DNA from: a virus
Taxonomy: Duplodnaviria > Caudoviricetes
Virus record (IMG/VR): IMGVR_UViG_3300025018_000345
Span: 1 to 34,695 of that record
Reading direction: 5' to 3' (one strand)
Length of the DNA stretch: 34,695 bases
The translations under genes were made by a program, and so were the position numbers. The notes under the pieces are model-generated. The model was not told where the DNA came from. It searched no databases and saw only the letters and a list, made by a program, of their open reading frames with translations. Each line of letters opens with the position of its first letter. Position 1 is the stretch's first letter. Shown here in pieces: positions 1-7,626 of the stretch.

Positions 1-1
1 T

Positions 2-94
2 GACGACGACAGTAAAAAGCAAGAACTCTTAGACAAGGCAGACCAACTTATCGCTCAGGCTCAATCCTTAAAGGAGAAAGCAGAAGAACTTTAG
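2..94 (+). CDS. 3' end of a gene truncated by the window edge (helical, charged)
   Basis: Frame 2 reads DDDSKKQELLDKADQLIAQAQSLKEKAEEL* with TAG at 92-94. Confidence 0.6.
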   Translation, partial: DDDSKKQELLDKADQLIAQAQSLKEKAEEL

Positions 95-150
95 GCTTTT
101 AAAACTGTCTATTCTTAGGATAGGCAGGAACTAGACGCTTAGAACATTAA

Positions 151-282
151 AATGACTTTTGATTAGAGTGAATAGCATAAGCTAATTCGCAATCGTGTAA
201 TAAGTAGGCATACCAACGCTAGTCAGAGGCTCAAAGGGTCTGACCCTCGGAATCTTATTGTTCACTCTAACTAGAAGTTATT
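151..282. repeat. Long imperfect inverted repeat enclosing an inner hairpin
   Basis: Arms 151-175 and 258-282; perfect core TTAGAGTGAA (163-172) / TTCACTCTAA (261-270); inner GTCAGA (222-227) / TCTGAC (239-244). Confidence 0.75.
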
Positions 283-302
283 AACTAAATATAAAGGAAT
301 AT

Positions 303-500
303 ATGAGAAATTTTTTTGAATCACTTAGAGATGGACTGGCTTTTACTATTGGAATTATTTTAGCTATTTTAATTTTTGGTAAGATATTTAATTCACTAGA
401 GAGATATATGCTTTCGCAAAACTGCGACAATTATTTTGACAAACTTTATGAAGAAAATCTAGTGCCTAATAGATGTTATTTTGAGGAAACCCAAGAATAA
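303..500 (+). CDS. Small membrane protein, hypothetical
   Basis: AAAGGA RBS upstream; hydrophobic stretch LAFTIGIILAILIFG. Confidence 0.7.
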   Translation: MRNFFESLRDGLAFTIGIILAILIFGKIFNSLERYMLSQNCDNYFDKLYEENLVPNRCYFEETQE

Positions 501-714
501 AGAAATAAACATTATGCAGGAACAAATTAGAGAAAAAGACACAAGAAAAACTTGCAAGTTGTGTATTAGAAAAAGTCCTAATTATTGTAAAAGACACACG
601 CCACGCATAACTATAACAAAAACCATGTATTATACTCAAGAATATGTTGATAAAGCAAAAAAAGAAGCTGTTGCCCAACAACACCAACAGTATATAGAGA
701 GGGCTAAAATATGA
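481..714 (+). CDS. Hypothetical protein with CxxC...CxxH putative zinc ligands
   Basis: TCKLCIRKSPNYCKRH; ATGA overlap with the next gene; start uncertain (TTG 481 or ATG 514). Confidence 0.6.
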   Translation: MRKPKNKEINIMQEQIREKDTRKTCKLCIRKSPNYCKRHTPRITITKTMYYTQEYVDKAKKEAVAQQHQQYIERAKI

Positions 715-1004
715 AAGATATCTTATCAAAATATACAGAGAGATTGGCAACTCAAGAAAGTATGGCTATTGATAACTTTATTATGGACTATATCCCAAAG
801 TGGCAAGTAAAAGTTATGAGAGCTGTCCCTTTTACTAAAAAATTGTTTGGGTGGGAAATAAGAACTACTCCAGACTGGATAAAACCAAACACAAGGGTAG
901 AGCTGTTGAGATATGGACAAAATGTAGCCGAGCTAAAAATAATTGTTAAAGTTAATACTCAAGCCCAACAACACTTTACTAATAAGAAAGGAACAAACTT
1001 ATGA
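711..1004 (+). CDS. Hypothetical protein
   Basis: ATGA coupling at both ends. Confidence 0.7.
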   Translation: MKDILSKYTERLATQESMAIDNFIMDYIPKWQVKVMRAVPFTKKLFGWEIRTTPDWIKPNTRVELLRYGQNVAELKIIVKVNTQAQQHFTNKKGTNL

Positions 1005-1183
1005 AAGTAAAACAAGAAATCATTGAAGCTACTTACTCAATAGAGGAACTTACCAAAGAGCAGTATGAGTTGCTACAAGACGGATTAAGGGAAATTATTA
1101 GCAATTGTTACAGAGTATGCCCAGAACTTGATAGAAGAGGTGCAAAAGCTAATACTCTACTTGAGGAACTTAAAGGAAACTAA
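1001..1183 (+). CDS. Hypothetical protein
   Basis: AAAGGA RBS, ATGA overlap. Confidence 0.65.
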   Translation: MKVKQEIIEATYSIEELTKEQYELLQDGLREIISNCYRVCPELDRRGAKANTLLEELKGN

Positions 1184-1209
1184 AATTAACAAATCATAGA
1201 AGGGAAATA

Positions 1210-1776
1210 ATGAAAGACAATCCACAAAGACAGTTTCTAGTTTTAGTAACACCTGCTCGCTCTGCGGTAGATGAGTTTATGAGACATAACCCAAGTTGGA
1301 GAGTTGATGATGTTGTCTGGATTAGTAATCGCCAAAGTTTATCAAAGGTTAGAGGTCTTGAATTAAAGTTTGAAAATGTTCATTTCTTACATAGAAGCTA
1401 TGAGATTGAAAATGCCAAAGAAGAAATATTGGCTAGAGTAAGAGACTATCCACTAACCACTAAAGGAAACCCTATGACCACACCACAACCAACAGAGAAG
1501 CTAGAAGAAGATGTTGAAAAGAGATTTGATGAACAATTTGACACTATAGGTTTTCCAATTTTTGATAAGAAACTTTTTGAGAGCGTAAAAGCCTTCCTAA
1601 CTCAAGAACTCTCTAAACAGCGGGAAGAGGCCAAGTTGCAGGAAAGACGAGAAATTAAAGAAGAAATTGACTCGCTGATAGATGGGCACTATGACAATCC
1701 TAATTTAGCTAGAGAGATTGAAAAATTATTTGATGATATAAACTATTTGGAATCACTAACTAAAGGAACAAAATGA
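1210..1776 (+). CDS. Hypothetical protein, probably an in-frame fusion of two small genes (second start at 1474)
   Basis: AAGGGA RBS; internal TAAAGGAAACCCT-ATG at 1461-1476 is in frame. Confidence 0.65.
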   Translation: MKDNPQRQFLVLVTPARSAVDEFMRHNPSWRVDDVVWISNRQSLSKVRGLELKFENVHFLHRSYEIENAKEEILARVRDYPLTTKGNPMTTPQPTEKLEEDVEKRFDEQFDTIGFPIFDKKLFESVKAFLTQELSKQREEAKLQERREIKEEIDSLIDGHYDNPNLAREIEKLFDDINYLESLTKGTK

Positions 1777-1934
1777 CTGATAGAGACATTAGACTAGCAG
1801 ACTATTCAGACCATATGGCTGATGCAATGAGGTATGCTTTTATAAATATGCCTAAACTAACTTTATGGCAGAGAATTAAGATGTGGTTTAGAAAACTTTT
1901 TAACAAACTACTCAACCTAAAGAAAGATAAATAA
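1773..1934 (+). CDS. 53-aa hypothetical protein with a terminase-like DHMADAMRYA motif (absent from the ORF track)
   Basis: TAAAGGA RBS, ATGA overlap; MTDRDIRLADYSDHMADAMRYAFINMPKLTLWQRIKMWFRKLFNKLLNLKKDK*. Confidence 0.65.
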   Translation: MTDRDIRLADYSDHMADAMRYAFINMPKLTLWQRIKMWFRKLFNKLLNLKKDK

Positions 1935-2030
1935 ATGAAAATGCTTTTAATCATTGTGGGGTTTATTATTTTCCCACCCATACCAATCGTTTACATCTTG
2001 TACAAGTTAATTAAAAAGGCTATCTCATAA
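1935..2030 (+). CDS. 31-aa hydrophobic peptide (absent from the ORF track)
   Basis: MKMLLIIVGFIIFPPIPIVYILYKLIKKAIS*; abuts the previous stop and overlaps the next start (TAATG). Confidence 0.55.
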   Translation: MKMLLIIVGFIIFPPIPIVYILYKLIKKAIS

Positions 2031-2233
2031 TGAAAAACGAACCTATTTCAAATTGTTGTGGAGCTGGGATTTTAGAACCAGACATTTGTGCAGAGTGCCT
2101 AGAACATTGTGAAGCAGAAGAAACTTTAGAGGGTTTTATTTGTGCCAAGTGTAAAAAATTAACCTATGGCACTTGTGTTATTTGCGGTAACAGCAAAGAC
2201 AATAACAAAAATGGTTTCCCAAGTATTAGTTAA
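2030..2233 (+). CDS. Small Cys-rich zinc-binding protein
   Basis: SNCCGA, CAECLEHC, CAKC, CVICG. Confidence 0.7.
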   Translation: MKNEPISNCCGAGILEPDICAECLEHCEAEETLEGFICAKCKKLTYGTCVICGNSKDNNKNGFPSIS

Positions 2234-2251
2234 ATTAAAAAGGAAAACCAA

Positions 2252-2818
2252 ATGGCTTTTTTTCCAGATCCAAAACTAGAAACCAACTTCACTGGTTCAA
2301 TCGTAATTTTAACAGAGCAAATGTTTAATGAAGCCAAAGTGGACGCAGAACATTTGAAAGTTAGTTGGGGTAAAAAAACACGCAACGCTACTAACGACCG
2401 TGATTTAATTGGTTCTTTAGCACACCAAGCTGTCGAGCAGAAGTTTCAAGAGTACAACTTACCGTTTGAGAGTTATAGAAAAGTGAGGTACACCTCTGGC
2501 GACAAAGGCGATATTTTATATGATCAAGACTTAATAGACGTTAAAGGTACTCACGGTGAGTTGGATATGTGGTGGCAAGCTAAAAACTTCCTAGTGTTTG
2601 ATAAGGAAATGCCAAGTATCGAGAGCAAGGGTATTACTCATTTTGTTTTTGTTTTAGTTGATTTAAATATTAAAGAAGCGTATGTATTTGGTGCTATTAG
2701 TTTAGAGAGTTTTAAAAATAATTCAAAAGAAGTTAGGTTAAAATGGGATAATCACGGTGTAACAGCACGCCAATTAACGCCGTTTCGTGACTACGTTTTT
2801 AGAACTGTTACTTTTTAA
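2252..2818 (+). CDS. Putative PD-(D/E)XK nuclease-fold protein
   Basis: GSLAHQAV helix then DKGD...IDVKG and FVFV strand, the layout of restriction-endonuclease-like folds; AAAGGA RBS. Confidence 0.55.
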   Translation: MAFFPDPKLETNFTGSIVILTEQMFNEAKVDAEHLKVSWGKKTRNATNDRDLIGSLAHQAVEQKFQEYNLPFESYRKVRYTSGDKGDILYDQDLIDVKGTHGELDMWWQAKNFLVFDKEMPSIESKGITHFVFVLVDLNIKEAYVFGAISLESFKNNSKEVRLKWDNHGVTARQLTPFRDYVFRTVTF

Positions 2819-2851
2819 TGTTTACCGATCTATAAAGATATAGTGGCTAAA

Positions 2852-2880
2852 TTGCTTGATTTGTGCAATATTATTACTAT
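2852..2880 (+). promoter_or_regulatory. Sigma70-like promoter, probably leaderless, heading the glycosylation/packaging operon
   Basis: TTGCTT (2852-2857), 17 bp, TACTAT (2875-2880); ATG 2888 is 7 nt downstream. Confidence 0.55.
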
Positions 2881-2887
2881 GCTAACA

Positions 2888-3067
2888 ATGAACGAAGTCG
2901 CAGATTATTTGCGAGTACCCCATAAAGAGTTTGAAACTAGATTTAAAAAAGGCGAGTATCAAGATATGCCGTACTCTCAAATTACCTCAAGTACTGAAAC
3001 AAATAAGGTTAATTATTGGTTTGACCTAAACGAAGTAATGTCCTATTTAGAAAAAAAATACAACTAA
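2888..3067 (+). CDS. Small excisionase-like HTH DNA-binding protein (track start 2843; ATG 2879 or 2888 more likely)
   Basis: (LT)MNEVADYLRV...YWFDLNEVMSYL matches the HTH_17/Xis pattern. Confidence 0.6.
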   Translation: MNEVADYLRVPHKEFETRFKKGEYQDMPYSQITSSTETNKVNYWFDLNEVMSYLEKKYN

Positions 3068-4518
3068 TGTTTAAACAAATTGCGGTTCTTATACCTACAT
3101 ACAAAAGAGCTAGTAGGTTACAGTCATTGATTGATAACTTTACCAAAACAAGCAAAGACTCAGAACTATATTTTGTTGTTCACCCAAAAGACACTGAAAC
3201 AATTAAAACCCTCGACCAATTAAGCGAGGGTTATTTTTTTAATGTTTTAAAGAACTCTGGCGAGTATGTCGAGTGTATCAATTACGGTGTGGCCAAAACC
3301 AAAGAACCGTTTATTTTTTGTGGTGCAGATGATATTGAGTTTAGTAATAGATGGGATATTAAATTACTTGGCTCTTTTAAAGACGACAAAGTTAATGTTA
3401 CTGGTGGGATTGATGATTGGACTTGTTCACGTTCTGGGGTTCATATTTCACACCCTCTTATTAGGCGTAAATATATTGATGAGCAAGGTGCTTGTTTTAA
3501 TAACAAAGGCGAGTTGTATTACTCTGGATATAAGCACTACCAATGTGATATTGAAATGGAGCAGGTGGCTTGGGCTAGAAACTGTTTTAAGTTAAATAAA
3601 GACGTGACTATTGGCCATAATCACTTTGTTAATAAAAAAGCCGATCACGACGAAACCTACGACAGATCGTTTACTGTTTTTAAGCAAGATCAAGACCTAT
3701 TCGACAGTCGTAAAAAGTATTATGAGTGGTGGGATACTAAAATGTTACATCAAGGTAAGGCGGTAAGAGCTAGTGATTTTAAGCGTTTATCGGTAATAAT
3801 GCCAATCTGGAATTGCGAGGACTACACTAGAAAAACAATAGACAGTTTACTCAAAAATACATTGCACCCATACGAGTTAATTTTAATTGACGATAATAGT
3901 ACAGAGTTTAACGGCAAAGAGTTACTGGCCGACCTAGAGAAACAAGCCAGAGAAAAGTTTTTAATTGTTAAGACTATAGCAAATAAAGAACAAAAATACT
4001 GTAACGCCAATTGGAACAAAGGCGTCGAGTTAGCTACTGGCGACTATATTGCTATTATTAACAGCGACATAGAGTTTGAAACGCCAGAGTGGGACGACTA
4101 TTTAATGGAAAATATTGACTTGGGTTATGATCTAGTAAACCCATTTCAGAGCGATCATATTTATCCAGGAAAACCTTACCAGTTACCACCGCCAAGTGAC
4201 TTTTTGTATCGTATGAACATCAGGGGTGCTTGCTATATGCTATCCAAAGAGTTTGCAAAAAAGATGTTCCCAATTCCAGAGAGGTATATCCACTGGTGTG
4301 GTGATAATTATTTAAGCCGTAACGCTAAAACTTTTATGTTTGATATTAGAGTTAGTATTTACCACTATATCTCACGATCAGGAGCTAAGGTAGATCAAAA
4401 GAAGTTTTGGAAAATGGTTAGACAGGACGCTTTAAATTGGCAAGAGGATAGCGGAGAGGATTTTAGCGAGGTAATAAATAATTGTAATAAAAGGTTAAAA
4501 CAATTGGGGGTTAAATAA
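3067..4518 (+). CDS. Tandem two-domain family 2 (GT-A) glycosyltransferase
   Basis: Domain 1: IAVLIPTYKR, FCGADD. Domain 2: LSVIMPIWN, ILIDDNST, WNKGVELATGDYIAIINSD, WCGDN. Confidence 0.9.
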   Translation: MFKQIAVLIPTYKRASRLQSLIDNFTKTSKDSELYFVVHPKDTETIKTLDQLSEGYFFNVLKNSGEYVECINYGVAKTKEPFIFCGADDIEFSNRWDIKLLGSFKDDKVNVTGGIDDWTCSRSGVHISHPLIRRKYIDEQGACFNNKGELYYSGYKHYQCDIEMEQVAWARNCFKLNKDVTIGHNHFVNKKADHDETYDRSFTVFKQDQDLFDSRKKYYEWWDTKMLHQGKAVRASDFKRLSVIMPIWNCEDYTRKTIDSLLKNTLHPYELILIDDNSTEFNGKELLADLEKQAREKFLIVKTIANKEQKYCNANWNKGVELATGDYIAIINSDIEFETPEWDDYLMENIDLGYDLVNPFQSDHIYPGKPYQLPPPSDFLYRMNIRGACYMLSKEFAKKMFPIPERYIHWCGDNYLSRNAKTFMFDIRVSIYHYISRSGAKVDQKKFWKMVRQDALNWQEDSGEDFSEVINNCNKRLKQLGVK

Positions 4519-5012
4519 TGCAACCATTTAAGGCCATGATGTCAGATCAAGAGATTAACATTATCGAGATGTTACTCAAGCCACATTATGATGTTTTAGA
4601 GTTTGGGTCTGGTTATAGCACTGTTTATTTTTCTCAATTTGTTAAGAGTTGGACAGCCATTGAACACGATCAAGATTGGTTTAATAAGGTTACTAATTTT
4701 GGCGAAATGAACTTTGACAATACAAAGGTTGTTAAGGCTAACGAAATCAACTATACTACCGTCGCTTATTTACAAAACAAACAATATGATTTAATCTTAA
4801 TTGATGGTATTAGACGCAAAGATTGTTTTAATGTAGCACTCAACTTGCTTAAACCAGACGGCAGGATTTTAGTACACGACGCCAGTAGAGCAGAGTACAA
4901 AGAGTGGATTAACAGCATACCAGGTAGTGTGCTTTGTGAGGGTGAAATGCCTGACCCAAACAATCCAGGTTATTATTTAATTAGAGGATTAAAAATATGG
5001 AAGCTTTTATAA
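4518..5012 (+). CDS. Class I SAM-dependent methyltransferase (Methyltransf_24-like)
   Basis: VLEFGSGYST, AIEHD, YDLILIDG, LKPDGRILVHD. Confidence 0.88.
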   Translation: MQPFKAMMSDQEINIIEMLLKPHYDVLEFGSGYSTVYFSQFVKSWTAIEHDQDWFNKVTNFGEMNFDNTKVVKANEINYTTVAYLQNKQYDLILIDGIRRKDCFNVALNLLKPDGRILVHDASRAEYKEWINSIPGSVLCEGEMPDPNNPGYYLIRGLKIWKLL

Positions 5013-5689
5013 GAGTAAATCTAAACATATCAGGTACGGCAGTTGATTGGATTAAAGACAAAAAGGACGCTATTAGTGTTTGCCATACCAGCTTTTTGGC
5101 TCAAGGTGGTTACTCAATGAAGCGTCATTACATCTTAGATAAGTGCGATGAAAAAACTATCAACTTTTTTAAGATTTACGGCGAAGTAACTGTTTTAGAT
5201 AGTGGTGTTAAACGAGACACTATTACTGAGATGTTTAAGATAGCCAAAGAAAAAGCGACTGACGAGAAGTTGTTATTTTTAGAGGACGACTACTTGTGGC
5301 GTGACGATTTTAGATTTGAAACCTTAGAAAAAGCACTAGATGAGTTTAAGGCGGTATCACCTTATGATCACCCAAGCCATTATAACGGTTATACCAGTCA
5401 CAGAATTGTGAATAACAATGGTACTTTATATAGACAAAGTGCTAATACTACTCACACATTTGCAGTACGCCGTGACGCATTTTTAGAACACTTTGACGAG
5501 TTTAATTATGGACTACACGATTGGATTATGTGGGGAAAACTAGCTCAGGTGGGCGTACCACTGTTTACCCCTATTTATGGATTTGCGACTCATTTAGCAA
5601 AAGATTTAATTGCTCTGGGTTATGATTATAAAAACTTATATGACGTAATGCTGGAAAACATACGCCAAACTGAAAGGATAGGACAATGA
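4997..5689 (+). CDS. Putative GT-A glycosyltransferase
   Basis: LLFLEDDYL DxD-type motif, VSPYDHP, C-terminal GFATH. Confidence 0.7.
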   Translation: MEAFIRVNLNISGTAVDWIKDKKDAISVCHTSFLAQGGYSMKRHYILDKCDEKTINFFKIYGEVTVLDSGVKRDTITEMFKIAKEKATDEKLLFLEDDYLWRDDFRFETLEKALDEFKAVSPYDHPSHYNGYTSHRIVNNNGTLYRQSANTTHTFAVRRDAFLEHFDEFNYGLHDWIMWGKLAQVGVPLFTPIYGFATHLAKDLIALGYDYKNLYDVMLENIRQTERIGQ

Positions 5690-5931
5690 TTGACCTATAT
5701 AACGAAGTAGTAACAAGAGAACAGGCTTTAAGATCGGTTAGAAATCAAGTCTTTATGAAACAGATCGATGTCGAGTTAAGCTATAACATTAACAAAGACA
5801 AAGATACTACTAACTTTACCGACGAGCAGATCGAAGAACACAAAAAGAAAACAGAAGCCACTAGATTACAAGCCAAAGAGTTTGGTACTTGGGTAAGTGT
5901 TATTGATAAGATGTTAGCTGAAATTAACTAA
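5686..5931 (+). CDS. Hypothetical protein
   Basis: AGGA RBS, ATGA overlap. Confidence 0.7.
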   Translation: MIDLYNEVVTREQALRSVRNQVFMKQIDVELSYNINKDKDTTNFTDEQIEEHKKKTEATRLQAKEFGTWVSVIDKMLAEIN

Positions 5932-6297
5932 ATGTATTTAAAAAAATATCAGACTAGAAATAAATTTAAGGCTGTAAAACAGACTTACAATGGTTTTAGT
6001 TATGATAGTAAAAAAGAAGCTAATAAAGCATTTGAGTTAGATATGTTGGTCAAAGCTGGCGAGATTAAAACGTGGACTCGTCAGGACAGAATAGAATTGA
6101 GGGGGGAAAACGGTGGGTTGGTCTGTCACTATAAACCAGACTTCACCGTTTACCACCTCGACGGCACGGTTGAGATAATCGAGATTAAAAGTAAAGCTAC
6201 TATGACACCAACCTGGCGTCTAAAGTGGAAGCTACTAGAGGATAAATTAAAAAAGGAAACCAAATTAGGTAAGATTAAATTAACGGTTGAGCTATGA
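5932..6297 (+). CDS. DUF1064-like PD-(D/E)XK nuclease
   Basis: NKFKA...YDSKKEA...YKPDF...IIEIKS...WRLKWKL. Confidence 0.85.
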   Translation: MYLKKYQTRNKFKAVKQTYNGFSYDSKKEANKAFELDMLVKAGEIKTWTRQDRIELRGENGGLVCHYKPDFTVYHLDGTVEIIEIKSKATMTPTWRLKWKLLEDKLKKETKLGKIKLTVEL

Positions 6298-6839
6298 CAG
6301 ATGAAAAAGTAAAAGAACCAGTCGAAATTATTGAAGAAGAAAAAACACCTATTCAAAAGGCTCAAGAAGCTAGGCCATTTGCTAGTTATGAAAATGTTGG
6401 TCGTAAGACGGTTGTCGATCAAGAAGTGCTTAATAAATTAGAGTACGCATTTGCTTTGGGTTGTAGTGATCGTGAAGCGTGTTTTTACTCTGGAATATCA
6501 ACCACAACACTTTATAAATATCAAAATGAGCATAAAGAGTTTGCGGAGCGAAAATCATTATTAAAAGACAGACCAATCTTTTTAGCTCGTCAGTCTGTTT
6601 TAGATAAAATACCATACGACGCAGACTTGGCTTTAAAGTTTCTCGAGCGTAAGAAAAAAGACGAGTTTTCACCTAGAGCTGAATTAGCTGGTGTTAAAGA
6701 TCAACCACTAATAGACGTTGCAGACCCTCAGATATTAAAGACTATTTTATTAACAGCTAGATCGGCTCAACGAGCCTACGAAAAAAAGGTAAATGCTGAA
6801 ACTACTGACCCTAATACAGCACACGAGCAAGAGGAGTAG
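6294..6839 (+). CDS. terS: Terminase small subunit (putative)
   Basis: GRKT...KLEYAFALGCSDREACFYSGISTTTLYKY HTH, FLERKKKDEF; upstream of terL. Confidence 0.75.
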   Translation: MTDEKVKEPVEIIEEEKTPIQKAQEARPFASYENVGRKTVVDQEVLNKLEYAFALGCSDREACFYSGISTTTLYKYQNEHKEFAERKSLLKDRPIFLARQSVLDKIPYDADLALKFLERKKKDEFSPRAELAGVKDQPLIDVADPQILKTILLTARSAQRAYEKKVNAETTDPNTAHEQEE

Positions 6840-7503
6840 ACACCTCGATCTAGTATTAAAGTTTGCTATTGAAGAACAGACAGACAATTTTAGTGTTGTA
6901 ACAGATGACACTCACTCGGCAAGTGGTATGCTTAGTTGTTTTAAACTAGGCTTATTAGAGCCAGAGTTTACTCACTTTTTAGTTTTACAAGACGATATTT
7001 TGCCCTCTAAAGACCTAATTAAAACGGCTAACGAGTTGGTATATTTAAGACCAAACGACATTATCTCACTTTACTCGGCTCAACCCTCGATTAGTAACGC
7101 CTTACACTTGCGTAAGTCTTGGGTGTCGATTGATAGACTTTATGGGTTGTGTGCTTATATTATTCCATCGTTTATGGCCAAAGATTATGTGGATAACTAT
7201 GTGGATAAAATCAAAGACGACATCAAGGCAGACGATGTAAAAATAAGTGTATATTTAGAAGCAGTCGGCAAACGTGCTTACTTAACAGCACCAAGTCTAG
7301 TAGAGCATATCGCTTGGGATAGGTCTAGCCAGCATAAAGTACACGTACCAAAATTAAACGCTTTAACTCATAGGATTGCAGAACATTATATCGGCTTTGA
7401 AAATAGTGGTCTTGATATAGATTGGCAAAATGGTTTAGAAGAACCGTTTGAAATAAATATTGGTGGTAAATACGATCATGTTAGGCACTTAAAGAAAAAA
7501 TAA
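6793..7503 (+). CDS. Putative GT-A glycosyltransferase lying between terS and terL
   Basis: HFLVLQDD, ADD, PSLVEHI motifs typical of phage GT25-like enzymes. Confidence 0.7.
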   Translation: MLKLLTLIQHTSKRSRHLDLVLKFAIEEQTDNFSVVTDDTHSASGMLSCFKLGLLEPEFTHFLVLQDDILPSKDLIKTANELVYLRPNDIISLYSAQPSISNALHLRKSWVSIDRLYGLCAYIIPSFMAKDYVDNYVDKIKDDIKADDVKISVYLEAVGKRAYLTAPSLVEHIAWDRSSQHKVHVPKLNALTHRIAEHYIGFENSGLDIDWQNGLEEPFEINIGGKYDHVRHLKKK

Positions 7504-7626
7504 GATGTTTATGTATAAACGAATCTATGTCTGCTCACTCGAAGAACTGCAAGAGGTTCACGAAATAGGTGTGGATAACTCGGAGCAATTACTTGAGAAA
7601 ATGGACGAGCAAAGTATTGTGGATAA
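7188..7626. promoter_or_regulatory. Cluster of four perfect DnaA boxes (TGTGGATAA, reverse complement of TTATCCACA)
   Basis: Exact matches at 7188-7196, 7200-7208, 7570-7578 and 7618-7626, all in the same orientation. Confidence 0.6.
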
